Shown: positions 1 through 9,633 of the stretch, piece after piece | Layout: each line of letters begins with the position of its first letter | Position numbering within the stretch: the first letter of the stretch is position 1 | Assembly (NCBI GenBank): GCA_903842795.1 | Contig: CAIMNJ010000011.1 | Location: forward strand, 3,166-67,165 | Length of the DNA: 64,000 nucleotides | Direction: 5' to 3' | Origin: an uncultured bacterium | Lineage (GTDB): Bacteria; Patescibacteriota; Microgenomatia; UBA1400; PJMF01 | The notes under the pieces: generated by a model | Databases searched by the model: none | What the model was told of the DNA's origin: nothing | The model's input: only the letters and a program-made list of their open reading frames with translations | Translations under genes and position numbers: made by a program

Positions 1-1116
1 TAAGTCATCCGCCAAAATTATTTTCTCAGTGCTGATTTTAGCGACTTCTATTTTTTTTGCGGCTGCGATACTTGCAGTTTGTTCTTCTGTTTCTTTAAGT
101 AAATCTGGCAATGCGGAAGTGGTGGCTACTCTAAAGTTCTTATCTTCTTCTCGATCGTAGACGTAAATTGCTCCTGGTTCTATTTTTCTAGATTCAGGCT
201 GAGTGTTGGTGGCTGGAACTGGAGGTACAATGTTTTCGGCCAAAAAAGAAGACGCTGTTGCAGTGTAAAGCAGTCTTTTTTTGTCAGGAGAGAGATAGAC
301 ATTTTTGGCAGAATTTTTAACAATATCTAAGATTTCTTTTGGAAATTTAGACAGAGATTGTCTTTCTCTTAGATAAATATCTTCTTCCCATTGTGCCAAA
401 ATCTCTTTTTTTTGGAAGCTAATGTCTTTTTGTTCGGCAAGACTAACTTTTTTGTCGGCGGTAATCAAAAACTCTTTTTTATCAGAAAGAATAATAAATT
501 CAGTGCTGTCTGGAGACCAAATAATTTGTGCAGTTATTAAATTTAGATCTTCAATGTCATCAGTGATTTGTTTTGGTCCACTCTGCATAGAAAGGAAATT
601 ACTATTGAGGTCCAAGACATAAAAACCATTTTTTAGTTTGGAGCTAGCTTGATTGGTAAAGAAAAGTATTTTTTGGCCATCGGCTGAAGGATAAATATTA
701 CCAATGCCAGTAAAAGTTAGAGGAGTAATGCTTGGAGCAATAGGAAAAAGTAGGGCATTGGTTTGAGTAACTAACTCTTTTTGGATAACCAATTTTTTGT
801 TCCATGGAGAATAGCCTTCTTTAACAATTTGGACTTGGTAGGTGTCTGGTTCGAGGTAGACAGTGTCATCAGTGGCAGTGACGAGTTTGTCTTCGATAAA
901 AACTTGTGCTCCTGCAGGAAAGGAATTCACGTTTAGCAATCCTGTGTTGGCCACAATTCCTTTATTTGTCATTCTCCAGCTGCCACGAGCATATTGAATA
1001 GCAAAATAACTTCCCAAAGTAATTACTATAATTGAAACGGAAGTGTAGATAATTCTTGAGCCTAAAATATCCAAAACTCTATCAAGTAGGCTTTTTTTCT
1101 TTTTATTTTTTTCCAT
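1..1116 (-). CDS. PEGA-domain membrane-anchored protein (runs off the left edge; absent from ORF track)
   Basis: Hand translation from ATG 1116: MEKNKKKK...IIVITLGSYFAIQYARG (TM), then TGLLNVNSFPAGAQVFIEDK...YLEPDTYQVQIVKEGYSPW (PEGA pattern). Confidence 0.8.
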   Translation of the reverse strand, partial: MEKNKKKKSLLDRVLDILGSRIIYTSVSIIVITLGSYFAIQYARGSWRMTNKGIVANTGLLNVNSFPAGAQVFIEDKLVTATDDTVYLEPDTYQVQIVKEGYSPWNKKLVIQKELVTQTNALLFPIAPSITPLTFTGIGNIYPSADGQKILFFTNQASSKLKNGFYVLDLNSNFLSMQSGPKQITDDIEDLNLITAQIIWSPDSTEFIILSDKKEFLITADKKVSLAEQKDISFQKKEILAQWEEDIYLRERQSLSKFPKEILDIVKNSAKNVYLSPDKKRLLYTATASSFLAENIVPPVPATNTQPESRKIEPGAIYVYDREEDKNFRVATTSALPDLLKETEEQTASIAAAKKIEVAKISTEKIILADDL

Positions 1117-1137
1117 CACTGGTATTATAACAAGCAG

Positions 1138-2187
1138 ATGTTCAAAAGTCTTTCAAGTAAAATTGCCATTGATCTTGGTTCATCCAAGATCAAGATTGTT
1201 GCAATCGATGATCTTAAAAATGAAGTTTGGGAGCTTTCACCAATTGATTTTAGAGCTAAAGTTTTAGAAGAAGATGCTTGTTTAGCCATAAAAAAAGAGG
1301 GCGATATTTTATTGGCAATTGGAAAAGAAGCTTTGGCCATGAAAGGTCGTTTGGATGGCGCAGCTGAAGTGTTTTTTCCATTTCATCAAAGTCGTATTCT
1401 TGATGAAAAAGCAGCTAAAATTTTAATAAAAGAATTACTCAAGAGGGTTTTTAAAAAAATGATTTTAAGTCCAATAGTTATGGTTACCACTACGGCAACT
1501 GCAACTAATTTGGACAAAAAAATTCTTAGTCAATTCTTTTATGATCTTGGTTTTTCTAAGGTTAATTTGATTGCTTCGCCTTTGGCTGCAGCGATTGGTG
1601 CCGGTGTTCCGATAATTGATTCTTCAGGAACTCTGTTTTTACAGATGGGGTCTAGTGGAATGACTTGCAGTGCTATTTCAATGGGTTCTTTACTATTTAA
1701 TGAAGAAAGCGATTTTGGGGGAGACAAAATATCAAAAAAAATAATTGAACACCTAGCCAAAACTGAAAATTTTTCCATTTCTTTAGAAAGCGCAGAGTTA
1801 TTAAAAAAACAAGTTTTTTCTTTAGATGATTCCAACAAAACTTTTCCTGTGGTAGGAAAAACAATCAATGGCTTTAGTCCTTTAGAGTTGAAGATAAAAT
1901 CTTCTGATCTAAAACCGGTTGTCGATCTTTTTAAAATCGAATTAAAATCTTTAGTTGAAGCTATCTTAAAAAAGATTCCTCCTGACCTGATCACTGATGT
2001 TTTGCAAAAAGGTTTGTTGTTGTCTGGTGGACTCGCAAAAATCAATGGTTTAGAAGATTTTCTTGTCGCCACATTCAATTTCCCAATTGCTCTGTTAGAT
2101 GAGCCAGATTTGCTAGCAAGTATGGGCAGTGCGGCTATGTTGAAAAATATGAATATGTTTGCCGAGAGCTTATCTTTTGACGCTTAG
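1138..2187 (+). CDS. mreB: Divergent MreB/Mbl-like actin-family protein
   Basis: IAIDLGSS, PLAAAIGAG, GGD, GLLLSGG. The phosphate-2 motif DIGGGTT is degenerate (QMGSSGM). Confidence 0.8.
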   Translation: MFKSLSSKIAIDLGSSKIKIVAIDDLKNEVWELSPIDFRAKVLEEDACLAIKKEGDILLAIGKEALAMKGRLDGAAEVFFPFHQSRILDEKAAKILIKELLKRVFKKMILSPIVMVTTTATATNLDKKILSQFFYDLGFSKVNLIASPLAAAIGAGVPIIDSSGTLFLQMGSSGMTCSAISMGSLLFNEESDFGGDKISKKIIEHLAKTENFSISLESAELLKKQVFSLDDSNKTFPVVGKTINGFSPLELKIKSSDLKPVVDLFKIELKSLVEAILKKIPPDLITDVLQKGLLLSGGLAKINGLEDFLVATFNFPIALLDEPDLLASMGSAAMLKNMNMFAESLSFDA

Positions 2188-3534
2188 CCACCAATTGCTT
2201 TGGCGACAAAGAATTTTGCCTGCATCTTCTTCGTTTAGCATCATTTGTTTAATTGCTTCCTCCAAAAAAATTGTATTTTGCGAGCCTTTAACTAAAATTA
2301 GGTCATTGGCTTTTAGTAGATTGGCAATTTTTTCTCCAGCAATTTTTGAATTTTCAAAAAATATGGTTTGATTTTTATTATTTACCCTCATGATGGGTAG
2401 AGCATACTTTTTCATTTCTTGTCCAACTAGGAAAATTTGATCAAAGCTTTTTGAAGCTAATAGCGCTATTTCTTCATGCATTGCTTGAGTTTCCTCTCCA
2501 AGTTCCCTCATGTCTCCAAGTAAAGCTAATTTTCTGCCCTGGTTATTTACTTTATTCATTAATTCAATCATGTCCTTCATGGAAGAGGCGTTATACGAGC
2601 TATCTATAATAGTTGAGTTATTTTTTCCTTTGATTGCTGAAGCTCTCCCAAGAGGAATGGAGAAGTTATTCTCTAGGGAATTTTTTATTTCTTCTGTACT
2701 AAGTCCTGCTTTTATTCCAATTAAAATAGCCGGTGCCAGGCTGTAAGCGTAATGTTTTGGTAATAAAAAATTATTAATTTTGATTGTTAATTTTTGATTT
2801 TTGATTTTTAGCTTGCCATAGTGGCTTTGAATTTGAAAATTAAAAGTGGTGTTAATTATTTTGTCCAGAATCTGTGGTTGATGCTCAATTATTTGCAAAT
2901 CACAAAAGCTATCGCTTCCAAAAGAATAGCTTTCTGCTTTTGTATTTTTGCAGCTTTCCTTGACATTCAGATCATCAAAGTTCAAAAAAGCTAAACCATT
3001 TTTTGGCAAAGATAAGATCAACTTGGCTTTTTCTTCAGCAATTTTCTTTATAATTTGTTTTTTTCTTTCTTTTGGTTCTTGCTCAGAAACCAATTGATCA
3101 AAAGCAAAGCTGTGATTTACGTTGGCATTGAGAAAAACTGCCATTTTGGGTTCGATAATGCTAAGCAAAAAATCCATATTCTTAGGTGGATTGGGACTAT
3201 CTATGCCCATTTCTACTAAGTAGTAATCAAACTTTTCAAAATTAGTAAGCAATTTAATTGGAGCCATAAATAAGACTCTTAGCCAATCTAGAACAGAATA
3301 ATTCTTCATTTCTAATCCTAGAATATCCAATGGAATTCCTGACTCAGAATTAGCTTTAAAACTTGCTTTTACCTGATACTTGTTTTTTAGAACGCTGTAT
3401 ATAGCATTGCGGGTGCTGCTTTTGCCGGCACTACCGGTGATTCCAACAATGTTGCAATTCTTATTCTTTTTCAGTTGCAGTTTGGCAAAAAACCTTAAGT
3501 AATAAAGGACAAATAATGCTGCTTTTTGCTTCAT
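2170..3534 (-). CDS. murF: UDP-MurNAc-tripeptide:D-Ala-D-Ala ligase
   Basis: GITGSAGKSS P-loop, DSSYNAS, LGDMRELG, LVKGSQ. Confidence 0.9.
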   Translation of the reverse strand: MKQKAALFVLYYLRFFAKLQLKKNKNCNIVGITGSAGKSSTRNAIYSVLKNKYQVKASFKANSESGIPLDILGLEMKNYSVLDWLRVLFMAPIKLLTNFEKFDYYLVEMGIDSPNPPKNMDFLLSIIEPKMAVFLNANVNHSFAFDQLVSEQEPKERKKQIIKKIAEEKAKLILSLPKNGLAFLNFDDLNVKESCKNTKAESYSFGSDSFCDLQIIEHQPQILDKIINTTFNFQIQSHYGKLKIKNQKLTIKINNFLLPKHYAYSLAPAILIGIKAGLSTEEIKNSLENNFSIPLGRASAIKGKNNSTIIDSSYNASSMKDMIELMNKVNNQGRKLALLGDMRELGEETQAMHEEIALLASKSFDQIFLVGQEMKKYALPIMRVNNKNQTIFFENSKIAGEKIANLLKANDLILVKGSQNTIFLEEAIKQMMLNEEDAGKILCRQSNWWLSVKR

Positions 3535-6236
3535 CTTTGACTTTCTTTTTTTTGTTCATCTTCCTTAATCTTTTTTGCTGCTTCGCAAAAAGCTTTACCT
3601 CTTTCTTCGTAATTAGCAAAGCTATTGAAGCTGGCGCTGGCAGGACTTAATAATACAATGTCCCCAGAGTTGGCTTGCTTGTGAGCTGTGTCCACAGCTT
3701 CAGCAATTGTTTCTACCTTTTGAACTAATTGAGCGGGATTGTTTCCTAGTGTAAATTCAATTAATCTGGCTCCAGTAGTTGGTAGAGCGATTAACAACTT
3801 AACTTTATATTCAGCAATAATTTGAGCCAATTCGCTAAAATCTTGATTTCTTTCATAGCCGCCAGCAATCAGAATAACTGAACCCTTTGCAAAACTTCTG
3901 ATAGCCATCATGGCGGAATGGGGATTTGTAGAAATTGAATCATTAAAATATTTAACTCCATTGATTTCTGTTACAAATTCAATGCGATGTGGTAGACCAC
4001 GGAAATTCTTAATAGTTTTCTCAATTGAGTGATTTGTTGCCTCAAATAACTTCCCAACTAAGATTGCAGGCATAACATTGTAGAGATTGTGTTCTCCAAG
4101 AAGAGGAATGTCTTTGATTGCAATAATCTCTTCATTTTGGTAAAAGATTTTGTCATTTTTTTTGTAGACAAGTATTTCCTCATCTTGTTTTAAGTCGTGT
4201 CTGAGTTTTTTTGCAATACTGAGTTTTGCCATTTGATTGCTACCAGATAGCTTTGGGTTATAAATCAGATAATCATTTTCTTTTTGGTAGCGGGCGATAG
4301 CGGTTTTGGCTTCAAAATAACTTGCAAAGTCTTTGTAGTAATCCAAATGCTCTGACTTTATATCAAGAACTACTCCAACATGTGGACTATCGGTAAGTTC
4401 AGCTAATTGGTGACAAGATAATTCATCAACAATAAGTGTGTCTTTAGAAATTTTATCTAGCTGATTTAATGGAGCATCACCAATATTTCCAAGTAATATG
4501 ACTTTTTTTCCAGCGTCGCGCAAAATTTCATAGGTCAATTTACTAGTGGTACTTTTGCCTTTGGTGCCAGTAATACCGATAATTGTGCCCTGACATAAGG
4601 TAAAAAATATTTGTGTGTTTGATAAAATTTCACTTCCTTTGGCAATTGCTTTGGCAATTTCTTTAGTAGTAATTGGAATACCGGCTGTTTTGATAATGAT
4701 TTCGTATTGGTCAATTTTTTCTAGATAATTTTTGCCGAAGTAAGTTTTAATATTTTGGTCTTTGCTAAACGATTTTTCATGCTCATCTGCGATGGCGATT
4801 TGTTTATTTGGAAATTTTTTTCTCAAGAAATCAAGGGTTGATATCCCTTCGCGTCCCATGCCCAAGATAAGAACTGATTTTTTAGAAAGTTTATCCATCA
4901 ATTCTGTTTCTGCAATTTTTTGTTTGATTTGTTTTAAAAACATTGGTGGTGACTTGCTTTTTTTGTAGGCTAATACCAATGCTTGGCGAACTTCTGCAAA
5001 TGTGCCAACGCATTCAAAGGGTTTTTTATTTCCAAAGCCAGCTAAATCTAAAAAAGTTTGTTTTAGTGATTTTTTGGCAAAGAGATTTTCACTAAAAATT
5101 TTATTGCTTACAATTTCTTCTTCCAAGAACGCTGAAAACATGGTGTAGACGAAAGCACATTTTGGACAATCTTGGCACCAAATTCCTTTTTTTTGTCCGA
5201 CATTGCAACTCCTTAGAACTTCAAGAATTTTTTCAAATCTTTTGTCTTTAGTAGCGAATTGGCATAATCTTTGTGCGATTTCCAGTTCTGACAAAGATCT
5301 TAGTAGGGACAAATATTTTGGAAAATCATTTTTTTCTGAGAAAAGTTGTTCTTGACTATATTGGCTGAACTTTTTTTCAAAATCCAAGCTTTTAGAATAT
5401 TGGTGATTAATTTTTTGTCCCAAATAAATAAGATTTTCTTCCTCACTACTGGCTTCATTGCCAAGTAAAATATTTTCTTGACCATAAAGATAAGCAATAG
5501 ATGAGCCGGCAAAGGCAAGATAAGAGCTAAATGGAGTATGACCATTTAAATATCCTTGTTTATTCATTTCCAATAAGGTTGGATCGATGCTGCGCTCAGC
5601 TTCAATAATATTTTTACAATAACCATTTTTTTGTAAAATTAGAGCAATCTCTTTGGCTGCGGCAGAGTGTGGAGCAAGTAAAAATATATCGTAAGGCAAT
5701 TTCCTTTCTTCTATCATGGCTAAAACTGTAGAAGAGTCTTTTCCTCCGCCAACTGGTACAAGAATAGAGGAATTTTTTGGTGGATTAAATTTTGTTGTTA
5801 ATCCTTCTATTTCTGATGTTTTTTCTAATTTTATTTTAATGAAATCTTCTTTTGTAAAGTCAATTTTGTTTTGATAATAGAATTCACCAAGACCCTTAAT
5901 TAGGAGATCATGCCAAAAACTTTTGTTTTTTTCTGTAATTTGTCCTTGATGTTTAACGACTATTTCTTTTGGGCAAGCAACTTTGAAGTAGCTTGGAATT
6001 TCAGCCATTCCAAGATGAAAGAATAATTTGTTTAATTGCGGGTCTAGGGTTTCTTTGGTGGAAATTTGATTAATTATTTCTTGACTTATATTTTTGATTT
6101 TTAATTTTGGGTAAAATTTTATATTTGGTTCGAGTTCAAGGTCAAAAGTCAAAATCAGATCATTGTTTTCTTTTTTAAAATCAAATCCCCAATAAATCAG
6201 TCTAGGATGTTTTTTTCTTAAACTTTTGATGTCCAT
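3531..6236 (-). CDS. murD: Fused MurL-type UDP-MurNAc-L-Ala-L-Glu epimerase plus MurD (MurD2-type) ligase
   Basis: N-half: PVGGGKDS, YLNGHTPFS, NHQYSKS, CxxCPKC, KPFECVG. C-half: GMGREG, GITGTKGKSTT, ELS, EHLDY, HRIE, NDS, LLSPASAS. Start moved to ATG 6236 (MDIKS). Confidence 0.85.
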   Translation of the reverse strand: MDIKSLRKKHPRLIYWGFDFKKENNDLILTFDLELEPNIKFYPKLKIKNISQEIINQISTKETLDPQLNKLFFHLGMAEIPSYFKVACPKEIVVKHQGQITEKNKSFWHDLLIKGLGEFYYQNKIDFTKEDFIKIKLEKTSEIEGLTTKFNPPKNSSILVPVGGGKDSSTVLAMIEERKLPYDIFLLAPHSAAAKEIALILQKNGYCKNIIEAERSIDPTLLEMNKQGYLNGHTPFSSYLAFAGSSIAYLYGQENILLGNEASSEEENLIYLGQKINHQYSKSLDFEKKFSQYSQEQLFSEKNDFPKYLSLLRSLSELEIAQRLCQFATKDKRFEKILEVLRSCNVGQKKGIWCQDCPKCAFVYTMFSAFLEEEIVSNKIFSENLFAKKSLKQTFLDLAGFGNKKPFECVGTFAEVRQALVLAYKKSKSPPMFLKQIKQKIAETELMDKLSKKSVLILGMGREGISTLDFLRKKFPNKQIAIADEHEKSFSKDQNIKTYFGKNYLEKIDQYEIIIKTAGIPITTKEIAKAIAKGSEILSNTQIFFTLCQGTIIGITGTKGKSTTSKLTYEILRDAGKKVILLGNIGDAPLNQLDKISKDTLIVDELSCHQLAELTDSPHVGVVLDIKSEHLDYYKDFASYFEAKTAIARYQKENDYLIYNPKLSGSNQMAKLSIAKKLRHDLKQDEEILVYKKNDKIFYQNEEIIAIKDIPLLGEHNLYNVMPAILVGKLFEATNHSIEKTIKNFRGLPHRIEFVTEINGVKYFNDSISTNPHSAMMAIRSFAKGSVILIAGGYERNQDFSELAQIIAEYKVKLLIALPTTGARLIEFTLGNNPAQLVQKVETIAEAVDTAHKQANSGDIVLLSPASASFNSFANYEERGKAFCEAAKKIKEDEQKKESQR

Positions 6237-6296
6237 AAACTCATTATAGCTTATATAACTGCGACTGTTGATGAAAAAACCTGATAAAATCAAACT

Positions 6297-7070
6297 ATGA
6301 AAGTTATGCAAACAAGTCAAATTTTTGGTTTTCCAATCCTTAGTGTTAGGAAACAGGAATTCTTTGATTCTTTGGATAGCTTTTTTTTAGAAAATAGACG
6401 AGACAAATCTCTTACCCTAAAGATTTTTACACCAAATCCCGAACAATTGGTTGTTGCTACAAATGATAAAATTTTTTCTTCAAATTTGTCCAAAGCAAAT
6501 TATCTTTTACCAGATGGGATCGGTTTGGTTTATGCCTCAAAAATTTTGAGTTTTTTTGGCAAAACTAAAGAAAAAATCAAAGAACGCATTGCTGGGGTAG
6601 AGGTGGTAGAGCATTTGCTTGACTTGATTAAAGAGCAAAAACTAAAAGCCTTAATTATCGGTGGGAGAGATTACAGTAATGCTGAAGATGTAGAATTTTC
6701 CTCCAATCTCTTCTGGACAGAGGGATATCAGGATAAATTTGAAATTTTATCTACTGAAGAAGCTGTTTTGACAGAAAAAATTAATGAGCTGAAACCAGAT
6801 TTGGTTTTTATTGCCTTTGGAGCTCCAGATCAGGAAAACTGGATTATTAATCACGAAAAATTATTAGAAGAAAACAAAGTTAGAATTGCCATGGCAGTTG
6901 GAGGCTCATTTGATTTTATTTTCAATAGAGTCAAGAGAGCTCCAGTTTTTGTTCAAAAACTTGGCTTTGAATGGCTTTGGCGCCTCATAAAACAGCCATG
7001 GAGAAGACACAGACAATTACGCCTACTCAGTTTCATTTGGCTGGTTATTAAGGAAATTTTTAAGCGTTAG
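6297..7070 (+). CDS. WecB/TagA/CpsF family glycosyltransferase
   Basis: FTPNPE, PDGIG, RIAGVE, AFGAPDQE, VGGSFD, RAP, EWLWRL. Confidence 0.9.
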   Translation: MKVMQTSQIFGFPILSVRKQEFFDSLDSFFLENRRDKSLTLKIFTPNPEQLVVATNDKIFSSNLSKANYLLPDGIGLVYASKILSFFGKTKEKIKERIAGVEVVEHLLDLIKEQKLKALIIGGRDYSNAEDVEFSSNLFWTEGYQDKFEILSTEEAVLTEKINELKPDLVFIAFGAPDQENWIINHEKLLEENKVRIAMAVGGSFDFIFNRVKRAPVFVQKLGFEWLWRLIKQPWRRHRQLRLLSFIWLVIKEIFKR

Positions 7071-7072
7071 CT

Positions 7073-7345
7073 CTAGCTCTCTTCAGCTCCGTTTGGATTG
7101 ACACCCAAAAGCCAGAGTACAGCTTCTTTTTTGTAGCGTCTATCACCTCTGGAATTAATGCGAATGGCTGGTAATTTACCTCTTTTACCCCAGCGTTTGA
7201 TTGTGAGAGGGGAAACACGTAATAGATCGGCAACTTCACGGACAGTTAAAAGGTCTGGCAGGTTTTTTATATCTAATTTATTAGCATCATCAGCACGACC
7301 TGTTTTTTTGTCGTCCTCGTTGATCATGTTGACATTGTCGTTCAT
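7073..7345 (-). CDS. Small MerR-like/excisionase-type HTH protein (BldC-like)
   Basis: LLTVREVADLLRVSPLTIKRWGKRGKLPAIRINSRGDRRY. Confidence 0.85.
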   Translation of the reverse strand: MNDNVNMINEDDKKTGRADDANKLDIKNLPDLLTVREVADLLRVSPLTIKRWGKRGKLPAIRINSRGDRRYKKEAVLWLLGVNPNGAEES

Positions 7346-7673
7346 TTTTCCTTTCGCTTCAGGCTTTTTATCGCCTTAAATTAATTAGATATCCTATAAC
7401 TTAGACTGTGACGGTGAGGAATGAGTCTTTTTAGATCAAAGTATTATCTTGATCTATATCTAACAGTAACAGATTGAGACTCTATGGGTCAAGAGGGAAA
7501 ATTATCTTTTGTTGTCAAAAGTTTTGCATCTTTTTCCACATAAATGTCCTATAATTTTTTTGAGAATTAGAAAAAGGCGAAACTTATATCCTATAATTTT
7601 TTTAATGTTTGAAATGTGTGAAAAACTGTCAAAATTTGCTCTTTATGGAGCAAAATGAAATAATCAAAGCAAT

Positions 7674-8069
7674 ATGAAACAAAAACTAATTGCGGAAAAT
7701 AAACTTTCCTATTCTGTATCTGTTTTAGCCTTGGTTTTCTTGCTACTTGGTGGTTTTTGTGCTGCTAGAACTCTTGTTAATATGCGTTTTTTTGAAAAGT
7801 ACCCAAACAACGGTGTTTTATCTTTTAGCAATAATTACATGCAGAGAGAAGAGGATTGTACCTCATATCCAATGCAATATTTTGACAGTAAGGGAGAAAC
7901 TAGGCCGGCCACAGCAGACGAGAAAAAAATGAGCGAAGATCAAAAACAGATTTGTTTGAGTTCTGTTGCCAAATCTAGGGAAAATGCCAAGATTAATGAC
8001 ATTAGTATTTCTTTGTTTTACTTATTTCTTGGTACAGGAATTTTTGTTGGCAAGAAATTTTTGAAATAA
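7674..8069 (+). CDS. Hypothetical membrane protein (two TM helices, Cys-containing loop)
   Basis: 131-aa ORF with hydrophobic segments at both ends. Confidence 0.7.
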   Translation: MKQKLIAENKLSYSVSVLALVFLLLGGFCAARTLVNMRFFEKYPNNGVLSFSNNYMQREEDCTSYPMQYFDSKGETRPATADEKKMSEDQKQICLSSVAKSRENAKINDISISLFYLFLGTGIFVGKKFLK

Positions 8070-8146
8070 AAAAGGGACATTCTCTCGCAAAGCTCGGTCT
8101 CGTCCTCCGTCTCCACTTCGGACATTCCTTCACGTAGCTCAGTCAC

Positions 8147-8177
8147 AAAAAACCCCGCTGTTGAAAGCGGGGTTTTT
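8147..8177. terminator. Bidirectional intrinsic terminator after rplL
   Basis: AAAAAACCCCGC-tgttgaaa-GCGGGGTTTTT between convergent genes. Confidence 0.85.
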
Positions 8178-8206
8178 ACTATTTCTTGCTTAAAGAATTG
8201 AAATAA

Positions 8207-8593
8207 TTATTTCAATTCAACGACACAACCAGCTTCTTCCAAAGCTTTTTTGGCTGCTTCAGCATCTTCCTTCTTAGCACCTTCTAAGACTGGCTTAGGA
8301 GCTGATTCGACGAAAGTTTTGGCTTCACCTAAACCTAATTCTGGTTTAAGGGTACGCACAGCTTTGATAGCAGCAATTTTGTTGCTACCGGCTTCTTTGA
8401 GGATGACGTCAAATTCGTCTTTTTCCTCAGCAGCAGCGGCTGGAGCGGCGGCCATAGCACCCATCATCATAGGAGCGGCGGCGGTTACACCAAAGGTGTC
8501 TTCTAAAGCGGTTACGAGTTCTGAGACTTCCATTAAGGAGAGTTCTTTGACTGCGTCAACGAGCTTTTGAACTTTTTCTGAGAGTTCTGCCAT
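8207..8593 (-). CDS. rplL: 50S ribosomal protein L7/L12
   Basis: [12 protein letters not shown] hinge, [27 protein letters not shown]. Confidence 0.98.
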   Translation of the reverse strand: MAELSEKVQKLVDAVKELSLMEVSELVTALEDTFGVTAAAPMMMGAMAAAPAAAAEEKDEFDVILKEAGSNKIAAIKAVRTLKPELGLGEAKTFVESAPKPVLEGAKKEDAEAAKKALEEAGCVVELK

Positions 8594-8642
8594 ATATTTG
8601 TTCCTTTCTTATTACTTTATTATTAACTTCTAACCTAACTAA

Positions 8643-9146
8643 TTATTTTTTGTCGGCAATTGCCTTCATGACATACACCAAGTTACGGGCGTTGGCCTTA
8701 AGAACATTGACCAAACCTTGACCTGGAGACTTAAGTCTTTGAATCAACATGACGATCATTTCGTTCTTACCTGGCAATTTACTTAGAGCTTTGACTTCTT
8801 CAACAGAGAGGACTTTGCCATCCATGTAACCTTGCTTGATGGTTAAGAGTTCTTTGTCATCGTGGAATTGCACCAAAGCTTTGATAGCGGCGACTGGGTC
8901 GTTGTAAGAAAAAATAGCTGCACTCATGCCTTGGAGTGATTCGCTAAGCTTACCTTTGCCGACGGCAATATCGATTAAAGTGTTCTTGGTGACAAACATT
9001 TCACCACCAGCTTCTACTAGAGCAGCACGGAGTTCAGTTAAGTCTTTGACGTTGGTGCCAGCATAGTCAATAACGACCATGGAAGCAGCTCTGTCCAATT
9101 TTTCTTGGACAATTTTGATTTGTTCTTGATTGTGTTGGTTTGGCAT
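8643..9146 (-). CDS. rplJ: 50S ribosomal protein L10
   Basis: DYAG...LR, VTKNTL, LSKLP; directly upstream of rplL. Confidence 0.95.
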   Translation of the reverse strand: MPNQHNQEQIKIVQEKLDRAASMVVIDYAGTNVKDLTELRAALVEAGGEMFVTKNTLIDIAVGKGKLSESLQGMSAAIFSYNDPVAAIKALVQFHDDKELLTIKQGYMDGKVLSVEEVKALSKLPGKNEMIVMLIQRLKSPGQGLVNVLKANARNLVYVMKAIADKK

Positions 9147-9240
9147 AAAATGCTTTCAAATACTACTAAAATTACTATTTTCTAGTTTGTTGCAAAATAA
9201 GTGGGGAAATGCAGGGAAGATAAATAACAAAAAGCTATTT

Positions 9241-9303
9241 TCCTCGGTGCGATTTTTAACTTCTACTTGGCTTTTGCTTATATAGAAGCCACACTGTCTT
9301 TGG
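9241..9303 (-). promoter_or_regulatory. L10 leader (rplJL autoregulatory RNA)
   Basis: Minus strand CCAAAGACAGTGTGG-CTTCTA...TAGAAG-TTAAAAAT-CGCACCGAGG fits the AAGACAG...UAAA...CCGAGG L10-leader pattern, upstream of rplJ. Confidence 0.7.
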
Positions 9304-9360
9304 AACAAGACTTGCATTATACAACTATTTGTATTTTTTAGAAAGAGGAAGTCTAGAAGA

Positions 9361-9549
9361 CTAACTGTCTAAGACTTTTTGCCAAAGTTGCATACCATGA
9401 ATGCTGAGAGCCCATTGCTGGCCAGATTCGCCAAGCTCCATCCAATGCTCAATGCACCATTTCTCATCGTTCATGTTAGCAACTACAGTTTCGTAACTGT
9501 CTCCAGTTTGTACTTCTTCCTCATCTTCTTTTCTTGCTTTTTCTACCAT
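9361..9549 (-). CDS. Small hypothetical protein
   Basis: 62-aa ORF in an otherwise empty gap; TATAAT 8 nt before the ATG. Confidence 0.55.
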   Translation of the reverse strand: MVEKARKEDEEEVQTGDSYETVVANMNDEKWCIEHWMELGESGQQWALSIHGMQLWQKVLDS

Positions 9550-9633
9550 ATTGACTAATTATAATCTCTTATTTCTATAAAATAAATATTGCTTCTAGTA
9601 GATATATTTAAATGTGTTTATATTGAGTTTTAT

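Noticed and set aside
7073-7345. Prophage or ICE excisionase marking a mobile element
   Set aside because: No integrase, att site or phage genes; housekeeping genes flank it.
7346-7673. Replication origin
   Set aside because: Only one imperfect DnaA box (TTTTCCACA) and no dnaA/dnaN nearby.
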